DNA from: Lama guanicoe
Lineage: Eukaryota
Assembly (NCBI GenBank): GCA_013239625.1
Contig: MU053873.1
Location: 1,068,524-1,132,523, forward strand
DNA length: 64,000 bases
Direction of reading: 5' to 3'
In this document: piece by piece, positions 25,455-38,050 of the stretch
How the letters are laid out: each line of letters opens with the position of its first letter
How positions within the stretch are numbered: the first letter of the stretch is position 1
The notes under the pieces: model-generated
Seen by the model: only the letters and a program-made list of their open reading frames with translations
What the model was told of the DNA's origin: nothing
Database searches by the model: none
Program-made: the position numbers and the translations under genes

Positions 25455-27589
25455 CTGCAGATATAAAATATGCCGTGTTATAAACAAAAATCAAACAGAT
25501 TTTAAGTGGCTCTTTCAATGGGCCAAGACTTTAATCTGTATTTGTCCTCAGCCAAGTGGAAAAGAGTAAACACGAAATTTAAAAAAATAAAAAAAAATTT
25601 TTTAAACTCTGAATTCAGATCCACTCCAAATACCTTTTACTACCACCCAGCTAGTAACAAGAGAGGACTCCTAACCAGCAGGCGAGGGCCTCGGAACTTT
25701 CCCCCTTGGCCGCCAGTGCTGCCACCTCAAGCTCATCCCTTCAACAGTGATAGGATTTCTAAGAACCCTACTTCTCCTCTAGGTTTTTTTTTTTTTTTAG
25801 CGTCAGGGAAAGAGAGAAGTATGAGGAGAGATGTAGGCACTTATTTACACGAAGACAGACTTCCTGAGACCCTTCTACTCTGTGACTAAACATGTTAGAG
25901 AACTGAAGACAGAAAAAGAAGAGGAAGAAAAAGAAAAAGGGAATTCATGAGGGTGATTCAAGTGCCTGAAAAGGAACAATTGGCCATAAAATGAACAACC
26001 TCAGTTAAAGACAACTCTGTAATGCTGGGTCATTTTCATAAATTATTTTGGCTGAAAACATTTGAAGCTTCTGGCTGCAATGGAAAATTATAAAGGAGAG
26101 TAAATCCCTGATGGCTGGTCTCCCTGACGGTTCACAAAGGGAGATTAAGTTTAAGAGACCCAACCCAACCCAACCCCCTACTCCAAGAATCAGGCTTGCT
26201 CCTGCCCTCTCAGCCTTCCAAAGCCCCAGAGGAAGACCTCCACGGCCCCCGGTCAGGCACCCGCAGGCTCTGAAGGGGAGGCCGAGAGCCTCTGAAAGGC
26301 CAGATTAAGTCTGAATGGGAGAAGAAACTGTGATTAAGTTTTCTGAATAGTTGGCTCTCTTAGGAGAGCAAACTCCAAAAAAATGCAGAAACCTTGTGTG
26401 GCTCAGTTACTACCCGTCAGAATGGGAACCCTGCCCTCTGAACCCAGGAGGATGGATTTTCACACACGCAGGTCAAGCCCACTTTCCAACCAATGTGTAG
26501 GAGCTCAGCTGATTTTCCAGGGAAAGGAGGGAAAAATAACACTGCCTTAATTCTTCTCAAGATTACTATTTGGACAGTTCAGGTTGACATGGAATATGTT
26601 TTAACCACCAGTCCCCCAGGACAAACTTAGAAACTTCTCCAAGCCATTACACAGCAAAGAAGCTAGTCTTTCCTTCAACTGACTTAGTCTCACCTTCAAC
26701 CAAAACTTCTTTACAATATTATTCCAGCTTTACTGCTCCAGAATTTTTGCCAGAAGATTGTCTACCCTGAGCATAAGCAGGAAAGGAAAAGGGCAAACAG
26801 CATTTTATCTAACCTGCGGCAGCCTGGTCAGAGTTGTCCTGGCTACTCAAGACACGGGCCTGCTGAGGTTTTGTTCTGCTTTTCTAAGGGGGTGGTGGGA
26901 ATATCAACATAAATCTTTCGTCCCAGTGAAAGAGGATTAAGTTAATTCATAACACAGACTACTCATATATCAAGATAGAATTCATTAAAATTCTTCTTCA
27001 ACAAAATGTTCAGTGACCCTTCCATGTTAAAGACTCAAGTTTGGGTGTAAAAGGCTACCGTCCGAAAAACCCAGGGGGGAAGGATGGTGGGAGAGATGAA
27101 AAAACTCTTCCAAGACCACCACGTCTCAGCTTGACCCGCCTTGGCATGTAGAGTGGGCACCCTTCTATAGCACCTGGTCCTACAACTGATACTCAGCGTT
27201 TCCACTACACTGCAGGGGATGTAAGAATGAAAGGCATGGATTCTGTCCTCTAAAGAGACTGCAGTTACACAGAGGAGAGAAGGCAGGAACAGGAGAAAAC
27301 GCACATGAGAGTGAGGGGTAAGTGCCAAGGTGGAGACCCGCTAAGAGAACGCAAAGATGGGGGCACAAGAGGTCCTGAGGGGGGTGCTTCAGAATTTGAT
27401 TTTGAGAGAGAAAAGACTGTGAGATTTGGTTCCTTCCGTATTTCTGTCTGGAACTTTCTGAGGGTTTTTAAATGCATGTTTCCACTAAGCAACTGATACA
27501 GCAGAGACTACACATGTATACTTATTAAGCCCACTGAATATATAAAATGATATATTTATGTATTTATTAAGCATAGCAACAGCTAGCTC

Positions 27590-27765
27590 TTAATATGTAT
27601 TTGTTTAATCTTACAACCCCCATAAGAAGTATTTTTTTAAGATACCCATAACAAAAACTCAGAGAGGTTAAGCACCTTACCTAGGGTCACTCAGCTAAAA
27701 CGTAAGACTTGGGATTTGAACTCAGGTCTGATTGCTAAGTCTGATGCTATACTTTCCCCTGCAGT
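27590..27765 (-). mobile_element. MIR SINE
   Basis: tttaatcttacaaccccc...ctcagagaggttaagcaccttacctagggtcactcagcta...gggatttgaactcaggtctg. Confidence 0.82.
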
Positions 27766-27779
27766 GCAACAGTTCCAGG

Positions 27780-27970
27780 CACACATCCCCTCCTCCAGGG
27801 GATTTTTTTAAGGCATCAAAACCCCACGAGTAACTTAAAACCTTTGGTGCAATACTTCTTATATAATTGTTTGTTTGTATGCATGTCTTCCCAACTAGAC
27901 TGAGTTCCTTAAGGACATCCTTCACCTTCATGTTCCACCACTGGGTGTGGCCCACAGGAAAGCTGAACAA
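27780..27970 (+). mobile_element. L2 fragment
   Basis: catcccctcctccagg...ttgtttgtttgtatgcatgtcttcccaactagactgagttccttaagg. Confidence 0.6.
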
Positions 27971-28062
27971 ACAAGCCATGTTCACACTAAGCTGAGTGGC
28001 TCACGGCACCCCAAACACCAGAGAGCCTGCTTCAGCCAGAAAGCTGTCAAAGGGTTTCGCTC

Positions 28063-28204
28063 GCTTAACCTCCCTGACCCTCGGTTTCCTCATCTGTTAG
28101 TAAGGATAATCACGATACCTGTTTCATAAGATTGTTTTGATAACTGTGTTAGATAATGTATGCTAAATGCTTGGCAGTGCCTGGAACATGCTAAGTACTC
28201 CACA
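28063..28204 (+). mobile_element. MIR SINE
   Basis: cttaacctccctgaccctcggtttcctcatctgt...agataatgtatg...cagtgcctggaacat. Confidence 0.85.
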
Positions 28205-28329
28205 GGGGCAGGCAAATAATGTCTAACCTCCAATGCAAGATAAGAGGGAGGTGTGCCAGACCTCACCTTTCATCTACCAGATTTAAAATCTGGAAACTGA
28301 TAAGATATTATTAAATTTTAAAGGGTACC

Positions 28330-28700
28330 AAACAATGTGTGCTATCCATCAAAACACAATGGGACATACCTAGATATTTTGATGTAGAAAAACTTTCAAG
28401 ACATATTTAAACAGAAAAAGCATGTCCCAAAATAAACAGTATGTGTGTGATTACGTGGGTATACAAGTGCATAGAAAAACGATCTGAATTACATAGGTAA
28501 TGGAATGGGAGGAGTAAAGAGGTCTTCTACTTCTGTTACTATGCAGTTCTGATATATGAGTCTTACTATGAAAAACCATTAAAAGTAGTATTTTCATTAA
28601 AAGCAAAAATAGTGTGGAGTTTAGTTAACAGTAATTCACCAGTGTTGTCTCCTTAGCTGTGACAAATGTACCACAATAGTGTAAGACAGTAGCAAACAGT
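28330..28700 (+). mobile_element. Old L1M 3' UTR fragments (possibly two elements)
   Basis: ttcaagacatatttaaacagaaaaagca...gcatagaaaaacgatctg; then gagtttagttaacagtaat...ccttagctgtgacaaatgtaccac...tgtaaga. Confidence 0.55.
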
Positions 28701-28756
28701 GGTTCAGTGTGGTATGACTGAAGATGGTGCTCATTTCCTGGTACCTTCTAGAAGGT

Positions 28757-28910
28757 CACTGGTTCTCAAGAGGGGGCTGCCAGATCAGCAGTAGCATCCG
28801 GAAACTTGTTAGAAACGCAAACTCTTGGGCGCGACCCCAGAACTACTGCACGGGGTGCTCTAGAGGTGGGGCCAGAGGACACTGATGCCCACAGAAGGCT
28901 GAGGACACTG
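28757..28910 (+). mobile_element. MER5A-like hAT element
   Basis: cactggttctcaag...cagcagtagcatc...aacttgttagaaacgcaaactcttggg...ccccagaactactg...gaggacactg. Confidence 0.82.
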
Positions 28911-31900
28911 TTCCAGATCATGGAAACTGGTTTTGTAACAAGTGTCACTTTTGCAGTCAAAACAATAGAACAAAGAAACTTGAAAAGGGGGTCAGTGTGT
29001 TGACAGATGAATAGCATTTTAAGGCCAGACACACGCCCTAACACAGCACGTGCACCAGGAGGCAAGCACAGGCCAGCCTGCACTCAAACTGCCCCGCTCG
29101 GTCCCATCCCTGTCTCCCTGCCACCCCAAGCCAGCTTCCGTGGGAGCTTCTGGGGTCCCTACGGAGACAAATCTCCAACAGGTCTGGCACGGGGTGTGGG
29201 GGTTCTTTTTCTGAAAAAAATGTTTATTGTAAGAGAGAAGTTTGTTGGCAACAGCTCATCATCTTCAAATTTATAGCCTCCAGTCTCAATTGTATATTAA
29301 TAGCACCAGCCAGCGCATGGCAACTAACAGTTTGAGAGAAAGAGACTCCTCTTCATGACTTAAAAATAAAAAAATCCTAAACCAGTATGTAAGCATGTAG
29401 TAGCTCAGAGGAACAAGGTGCTAGAGCAGAAGCCCTGCTTTTGGAGCGGCCCCTCCCATCCTCCTTCGAGCCTGCTCTGCGGTGCAGGAGTGTTTATAAT
29501 CCCCAGCTGCTCCCCCACTCCAGGGACATCCGTAGACTCCCTGGAAAGTGCATGACTTCCACCTTGTGCAGGAGGCCTTGAAGTTCATATTTCAGCTCCA
29601 CTTTCAGAGGCACTCAAGGGGCTGCTTTTGTCTGCTGGCTAAGCTCAATGAAAGCCATGGTCAAGGAAAGCACTGAAACCCAACCTTTGAAAGTTACTTA
29701 AAAAATTACAACCTCTAGGGCCAAGGGAAGGGGGAGGGGGAGGAGGGCAAGACTAAGCCACTTGGAAGTGAGCCACACTGGACCAAGCAGCCACTCAGGG
29801 TCCTTCACATGTCCCTGGGCGCTGAGCCGGCTGGCACTCCCAGGGCCCTGGGAACAAAAGAGAGATGCTGAGGCACTGGGACCTGCTGCTGATGGGCTCC
29901 TGGGCCCAAAGACAGCAGGTCACCAAGGTGGGAGCCTGCACAGGTGTGGCTGAGGGCAGGCATGACAGCCACAAAACCCAGGCTGCACAGGTGGAGACGG
30001 GAGATCAACCAAGCTAGAGAGACCACCAGGACCCACGTCTGCGTCGTGGCCGAGTCAGGTCGGGACTTTCAGCCCGAGGGTAAGGAAAAAGAAACCCAAG
30101 TGCAGATAGGAGACTGTTCACCGCGATCAGGGACCTGTGGCTGAAAGACCTTCACGTGAGTCTAGGGGCAGCAGAGCAGCACGTGAGCGGAGACCAGCAA
30201 TACAGGAGCCAGGTGAACCAAAACAGTGCCTAGGAGAGGCTGGCTGGTGCAGAGAGACCTATGCTGAAGAACCGAGGGTCCAGCGTCCTAAATCACCTCT
30301 ACTGTGCCATCTGTCTGCACCCCTGACGCCCCCACACGAGCAGAGCCCCGGAAACTTGGGGCTAAGTGCATGGTGGTGAGGGCAAAAGTATAAGCAGTTA
30401 AAACAAAAAGATCATCTCCCCCCAACACCAACCCCCCGTCCTGAGGCCCCCTGGGTTCGTGAGGGGGTTAGGAACTGAGGCGGGGGCCTCTGTAGAGACC
30501 CTAAAGAAAAACTTGGCTGCCAGTGGAAGGGACCCTATATCCAATTTAGGAAAATGGACTCCCTCATAAACCACAGTGATGGAATTGTAGAAAACCATTG
30601 TCTGCAGCCACCAGAGGCTGGAATCCAACAAACCTTGGAAACGGGAGGAGGTAGCGGGCTGACCTGGGGCAGCCGGCCACCTGTGTGACAGAGGTGTCGC
30701 GTGGGCACCTTACCCACACCACAGTGGACAGGCCAGCCTCCGAGGTACAAAGACGCAGCCCTGCCTGCGCTCAAGGAGTGGGACCTGACAAGTGCACTTC
30801 AAGTGAAGAATCCAGAATGAAGACCGATGAACTGAGGGCAGCCAAAACCCAAGCCACGGATGAGCAACGCCAAGGTCGGGGCAGAGAGACTGGAAGCCTG
30901 AAAACAACAGGGCTTCGTCACCTGCAGCACCAGGTGGGCTGCCTCTGCAGGGCTGGCACAGGGACAGGGTCTGTGTGCTCATATCTGAGGTTGAAGGAAC
31001 TGAAATATTCAGAAATTCCATTCTAGAAGAAACCTATTAGAACACCACCAGAAGAATCTAGAATCCTGACAGCCATTTCCAGGAAGAGGGGCAATGCCTG
31101 AGGCAGACAAAAGTGAAATGAAAGCCAGGGGCTTAAGATAAGGTCCCTGCCCCCACAAATGCATAGGTGTGTGGCCTGTTTCCCCCCAACCTGACTTGCA
31201 GGCCTCGGGGAGGCCTGGTTAGGTGCCTGATTCCGTGCACTGTCCAGAGAAGCTACATGCAGAGAAGCCCAGGGTCAGCAAGTCTGGGAGCAGGGGGTGC
31301 AGATAAATGCAGAAAAGGAAAGCCAGGCCCCCAGCTGGTGACAGTCATATCTACGGGAGGAAGAGTGTGGTGGGTTTCTCCTTTTTCAATCTAAACATTT
31401 TTTCACTGATTTGACTTTAATGTATATGTCTTCTTGAACTGTAGGAGTTATGCCTTAAAACAATTTTTTAAAACAAAATTTAAGGCCAAAAATACAGGCG
31501 CACCCAGAGATGGCGATCAATGAATGGGCCTTTGATGCCGAGTCTCAATGCACCTCATCAGCTCTTTTTCCAGAGGGTATTTGAGAGTAAATAAGAGGCA
31601 GAGAGAAATGGCCACTCCAAAGCACTCTATATAGAAACAGGCTAAAATTTTACGGGGCCCTCTCGGCTGAGAAGCTATTAGACGCCACAGCTCCAAAGCA
31701 GCGAGGTGGCAAAGAAAGCACTCCAGAGGAGCTATTCAGGGGCCTCCAAGACCTTCCCATTTGTAAGTCTGAAAGTACTTTTGTTCTTCTTCGGGTTTAA
31801 GTTTCTGGGTCACCCAGCCTTTTGTTAATAAGCAAATGAACACATCTGCAGTAGAGCAGTACCCCCTTCACAGGTTCCCCCCAAATATGAGTGGCCTCAG

Positions 31901-32041
31901 AGCAGGAATACCGCAGCAGGGCCCTCGCCACCACTCTGCCTCCACGAAGCAGTTTCCATAAGTATCCCTAATAGGAAAAGGAGGTACCACTCATCTTTAT
32001 ACAATAAAACAATTACTACAGGCCTCTCCCCCGATTCAGGT

Positions 32042-32043
<2 letters not shown>

Positions 32044-32080
<37 letters not shown>

Positions 32081-32100
32081 CGTGCGCTGTGTGTGTGTGT
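32044..32100. repeat. (TG)n/(CG)n compound microsatellite
   Basis: gtgtgt...gtgcgcgcgtgcgtgcgctgtgtgtgtgtgt. Confidence 0.95.
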
Positions 32101-35100
32101 TAGAGGGGGCAGGGGTGTTGACAGGAGGTTACAAAATGGCTTAAGAAGGCAAACTCTATGTACCCACAAAGCCAGCGTTTCTCTAGACATAATCAAGAAT
32201 CTTCCTTTGTTGAGGCCTAATGTCTATTCTCATCCTGTTCTAGCATCTCCTTGGAGGAAAAACAAAGCTCGACTGCCAGAGAATGTTCTGAGTAATTGTT
32301 GATAACAGACAACAGCAGAGGAAGCCCTCTGGTTAATGTTTAAACACGGCAGGGGTAACATTAACTCCTTAATGGTTCTGATGCCCACCACAAGACTTGA
32401 ACGTGTGCTTGACGGACCCATGGCTCATCAGGAACACTGACTGCTTCGTTCAAGTTCAGGAATGTTCTTTAAAAAAAAAAAAACACTTAAAACTCCTTTT
32501 AATTACCATACTGCTCAGATACAAACTGATTCATTTTGAAACAACTATCATGTACAGTCCCCCGGGAGATTCCAATAATTTCTAGAGACATTAAGGAGAA
32601 GAAACGGAAGATCATGGTAGAATCAGGGTATAATTGAGAAGAATGCATTTGTTTGTGAGTTTAGATGGTATTTTAAAAACCACAAGCTATTAAAATATAG
32701 CTTTGCCCTGAGAAGAAAGTCTATATTCTAAAATGTCCGATAATGTACTTTGGAAGAGTTAGCCATTATTACAGGTGAAACACACATACCCACAACACTT
32801 CATTCTAATAAACCTTGGCGAACTTTGTTTCCCTATAATTAGGAGCTTTGCTTTCTTTCTCTAAGGCAGAGGGAGGGAGAGGAAGGGGGCACTTGACGAG
32901 GGGAGAGAGGGAAGAGTCTACCCCAGAAAGGACGCATCCTGAAGCCGTACTGCTGGTAAAGAGAAGGCAGCAGAGCCCGAGGAGCGGGCAGATGACGGGC
33001 AACCTTCCCCCAGGAGGGCTCAAAGGGAGCCAATCTCAGCCAGTGACACCCAAAACAAGGACTAAAGCAAAGATGGATCAGCCCCGCCCAGGCTTCAGAG
33101 TTCTAGCTGCAAAAGCCACCTATCTGCTCAGTCTTGTCTCTGCTGGGCAGAGCAGCCCGGTGACAGATCACGGGGACAACTGAACAGTGACTCCACGCTG
33201 CTGTGTGGCTGCTCCACTCTCACTGCCTGAGACTCTGCACATGCCACGAGGGGCGGGCCATCTACCAAACAGACATTCTGCACTCACTCCAAAGGTAGCG
33301 GGAACCAGGAAAAGCCAAGGCTCCTCCACTCATGCGGATCACTGACCAAAGATCAAAGAGGCAAGCCGTTACATTCTTACCCAACAATGTTAAGTTGCTT
33401 TTTTTTTTTTTAATTCAAATCTTAAAGGAGAGACTTTTGAGATGCAGGCCTTATTTTAACAGGGGAGGAAACCAAGCCCGGGAGAGGGTCAGGCCTCTCC
33501 CAGCTAAGATAAGCATCAGCTCTTCCACCTCCCACTGCCCCAGGCAGACCTGCCCAGTCCTAGGCTCTCCTCCTGCATTTCAAATAGGCTGTTAGTGATG
33601 GTCCTCTCCATTCTGAGCAGGGTAGGTCATCACCTGAGGCTCAGCTCCAGGTCCCACACACCACAGCTGTCCCTTCCTCATTTCCAAGTTGGCCCCATGT
33701 TTGGCCAATGACCTGCATTTGTCCCTGAGTTTGGTTCTTCCAGATCTCCACAGTGATGTGTCCCCATCACGCCTTCTCTGACCATGGGAATCTCACCTGT
33801 ATTTTGCCATTTGACCCAAGCTTAGCTGTTTCTCAGTCACACATTCTCTACGTGTCCAACCCCGAGGAACTGGACAGGAAAGGTCCCTCTGATTCCAGAA
33901 TGACTATAGTGGGACGCAGGTTCCCCAGTACAATGTTAGATCTGTGTCTTCTCCACTGCAGTATTCCTAGTGCCTACCACAGTGCTCGACCTGGGCGGAT
34001 GGGGTCCCACACCAAACAGCAGCCTCGGTGACTGTTTTGCCTTTTGTCAATTCCCACGTCAAAAGACTAACGCCAGCTTAAGGGTAGAATCTGTGCTGTA
34101 CTAACGGCAATTTGCATTCATAATTCCAGGGTTTCCCTATGCTAACTGCTACACAATTTCAGTCTTCAAGCTACAAACATACTCATTGGGCAGATTCTAG
34201 CTTCCCTCGGTGGGAGGAGGAGGAAGGTTACAAAGAGCAACCTGACAGGCTCAGTTTCTCTAATTCACGATCCTCAGCAGCCAAAGTTCCTTCAAGGTCT
34301 GACCCTGAGGGTGGGATTTATCTAACCATTCAATAGCACAAGACTGCCTGACAGCTCCCATGTTGGTCAATCAGATGAGGAAAGAGTGAAAGTGGTACCC
34401 TGGCAAAAATAGAAGTCCTTACTGTCCAGGAGACCCTAAAATGTGGCACAGAAACAATGACTTCTTTTCCTCCAGGTGGTGCAGTCTTCACAAGTCACTC
34501 CGCTTTGCCTACATGTCAAAGCGTGGGTGACGAGGACCCCTGGCCACCTCCTACACTCCAGCCGAGCCCTGTCCTCCCACTGCCTGCCCCCTCACCTCTG
34601 CTTGTGCTCTGGGCTTATCACTGAGGAGCCAGTAATCTCCCTTCAAGCAAGAACTACAACAAAGCCCCAGCCATACCAAGGAGATCTTCCATCAGCATGG
34701 TAGGAGCCCAGAGCTACATCCTCAGGAATGGGTACAAGAATGCACTGAGCCTGGCCCAAAGCGCTCAGTGTGAGGGTTCAAGTGCTCTGTGGTCAAAGAG
34801 CAAGAAACAGCCAACACATCCTCAGAAGAGCAAATCCATTCCTAGCTCAGCAAGAGCTGACTCACTAAGAACGTAACAGGGGCCCGGAGCACGTTTACAA
34901 AGGCATGTCCTGCGTGTCCGTTAGGTGACCTGCATGGAATCTGCAGGATGACCTGCTTGGCAATTAAGACAAGCACAACCAACACTCTGTCTTGACAGAT
35001 GAGCAACCAGAAGCTTGGGGCCTCTAAGGCAGATCTTGCCCCCAGATCTTCCAACTCCAAAGGAGGCGCACACTTAGAAAAGGCCTTCCTCTGAAGCCTC

Positions 35101-35966
35101 TCCACATACTTCAGAATAGAGTAGGGGCTATTAACAGACCTGCCCAATAAACCACCAGCGTTCCTGCTCCCACTGCAGATGTCCAGCCAGGAAACCACCT
35201 ACAGGACCACCGCACACTGCTGCTCCCCCCAACAAAGCTATACGTATTTGTAGATCTGTTTATGCTAACTCTATGTAAGTTTATAACTAAATTAAATCTC
35301 AAATGATGCAAAAAAACTGAGTTTTATCCTAGGAAGACTGTCAAATAATTTGGAAAGACTAAATGAAGGCAAATAACTTTCAATATGGCTGAGAACTAAG
35401 TGCAACTTTTGAAGACTAGACAAAAAAGGAGTAAATTTCTAGAAGGCTCCTCATAGGTTTGCAAGTGTTTGTTGTAAGTTTTCTCTTCACTTAGAAAAAA
35501 GACCCCAAGACTGTGAATTGTAAGTGCTAGATCAAGAGTAAGGCTAAAATAAGACTCTAAGGAGTACAAATCAGTGGTTCCCCTGACATAAGCAGGGTCC
35601 TGAGTGTCTGCTCACAGGCTTTAATTAATATATAATTTTAAATGCTTTAAATCATTGCCTGCTTCAACTGAACTGACGTTTTTTCAATCAGCCAACCATC
35701 CACAGGTCCCAACAGTGTCAGATAACAAGGTCCCTGAGAAAGTGTGAAAATCGCAAAAGTGTGAAAATCACACACTCCATTATCATCTGCCAACTAATTT
35801 CACTCCCTTGGCCAGTGAGTGACATCTAGAAATATCTGGGCTCTCAGATGGGGATACGGCTTAAAATAATTTAATGCTCACTGTAACAGGAAATGTCCTT
35901 CCACAGAAAGTCATCAGTGGCTTAATCAACCTTAACTCAATGATTAACCGTAAAGAGTTTCTAGAA

Positions 35967-36178
35967 CAGTGGTTCTTAACTCAGGGTAGTTTTGTCCCCC
36001 TACGTGTCTGAAGACATTTCTAGATGTTGTAACTGAGAGAGAAGCTTGTTTCTGGCATGTAGTGGGGGGCAGCGGCCTGGGATGCTGCCCCACATCCCCT
36101 GATGCACAGGACAGCCGCCCCCACCACAAAGCCACCCAGTCCCAAAGGCCAGTAGTGCCAAGGTGGAGGAGCCACCTT
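35967..36178 (+). mobile_element. MER20 hAT element
   Basis: cagtggttcttaac...ttttgtcccc...tgtctgaagacattt...ctggcatgtagtggg...gggatgctgc...atgcacaggacagcc...agtagtgccaaggtggag. Confidence 0.88.
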
Positions 36179-37408
36179 GGAAAAAGGGGTCCCAAGACCT
36201 ACAGATGCTGTTACATCATTTAAAAAAAAAAAAACAAAAAGCCAGCTCTGATCAAGCCAAAGGAAGAGCTGATTTCTTCCTTCTTTATTCAAACATTACT
36301 CAAAGGCCACCGGTTTCCTGGTATTCTTAATAAAACTCCCAACCTTTCAGCAAGATTTTTCAAAGACCACAATTTTTGGTTATGTGATAAAACAGCACAA
36401 GAGTTTTGGTCAGTTTTCCTTTTTTTCCTTTTACATTCCATGATACCTCCAATTATCTTACGGACGGCTATAAAAATGAACTGGAAATTTTGTCCAGAGC
36501 TTCATTTTTAAAGAATTTAAGAAGATGGAAAAGTGAAATTGGTTTGGTTTATTGTGACGGGGGACTGTGGGAGAAGCTTTTCCTTTTATGGTGCTTTCCC
36601 GTTAGCATTATAATTACAGTATCTGCACAATATAATCACTTAAAGGTTGAATAGATACTGGATTTTTATAAAGCCAGCTATTTTAGACATTTCTGAGATA
36701 AGTGAGATAAATTTAAATATATCAAGTTCATAGGTTTGATGATGGGTAATACAGTGGTTAGGAGCATGTCCTTAATCTCAGCAGACACATGTTGGCATAT
36801 TGAGGGATAGAGTGTCACGGTCCTAGTGCCTTTTAGCCAAAACAAAACAAAACAAAAATACACACACATATGGAATATGTGTTAGAGCACAAACTGAGCA
36901 GTTGCTAACATTTTGCCACACTCTGAACCACTCTTTCAAGTCTTCTATGTGCTTAAAAACTTCAAAATAAAAGAGTTGGGCAAAAATTAAACACAGACCA
37001 AGACAGGGGGTTAGGGAGACACCTATCAACTCACAAGTGTTGCTGGGTCATGGATCAAGACCAAACCAGACAAGGTCTCCAAACAGAATCAAACCAGAGA
37101 TGGTGGTCTTAGCTTCGTTACTAAAAGGCTATGTAGCTGCCTTCTACCATTACAGGGGGAAGAAAAAAAGTGCAACACTGGAGTAAAAGGCATCCCCAGC
37201 AGATTCACTACACAACCCACGTCATGGACCTCTTGGCACTCTGGAGGCCACGGAGACCACCGTAAAGTCAAGTTATTCTTCTGAACACACACAAACACAC
37301 ACACACACAAGCTCCTAAAACTGAAACCTCCCTGAGCCCAACCCTTAAGCAAGGAAGCAACAGGCTGGAACCAAAATATGCTGGCCATGGGCAAAAGGAA
37401 GCGCTTAC

Positions 37409-37459
37409 CCACTCTGTGCAGAGAAAGAATCCGCTAAGCTTGTAGGCCCGGTCCATTTC
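37409..37459 (-). other. Candidate exon (51-nt cassette, or 3' end of an alternative first exon)
   Basis: Minus strand: actttctttcattgttgtgagcag|GAAATGGACC...GCACAGAGTGG|gtaagc; ATG at 37456 in strong Kozak context (GAAATGG) gives MDRAYKLSGFFLCTEW, phase 0. Confidence 0.33.
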
Positions 37460-37870
37460 CTGCTCACAACAATGAAAGAAAGTGCTTCTCCTCCAGAAGA
37501 CTACACATCCCCACATGCACATCAGGTTGTTCTGGAGGAGACACAAAGCAGAGCAAAGCAAAGAAAAAGGAGAGGCCATGGGAAGTCAGTTTAGATGCAA
37601 CAAAGTTGTGGTTCATCTAAACTGTGCAAAAGCTTTTACACATATGTTTTTACATATAAGCCAAAATGTTTTAGGCTTCCAGCATCCTTTGAGCTGATTT
37701 ACAAGTGAGAGCTAAAGCCTTTCTATTGAAAGGGTCACACAATAAGCTGACTTGGCCATTTCCAATGAGAGTTCCCTCCAAAGCATGTGTTCATACTGAC
37801 ATTCCAAGAAATAGGACTTGTTTTACTTATGTTAAAAAAAAATACAACACTGTTCAAACTAGAAATCTTT

Positions 37871-38050
37871 TTTTGAGTAAAGGTCGATTTATTTAGAGAG
37901 ATACATACTGTATGGAGTGTAGGCTGTTTCAAAAGGCAAGAGAAAGGCCATGAGGTGTAGGGGCTGGGCGCTCAGTTTAAAGTAAAAGTAGGTACACACT
38001 CCATAGACAGAGTGCAGGCCATCTCCAAAGAGGAGGGAGTCAGAGAGGCC
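37871..38050 (-). mobile_element. TSD-flanked 180-bp poly(A) retroposon with an LTR-like dimeric body (family not assigned)
   Basis: Direct repeats caaactagaaatcttt (37855-37870) and caaactagagatcttt (38051-38066), 15/16 identical; minus-strand AATAAA (37893-37888) 13 nt before a short A tail; TT/AAAG junction. Confidence 0.85.

Noticed and set aside
35570..35737. Possible degenerate Tigger-like element
   Set aside because: The terminal inverted repeat match is too weak to call by eye.
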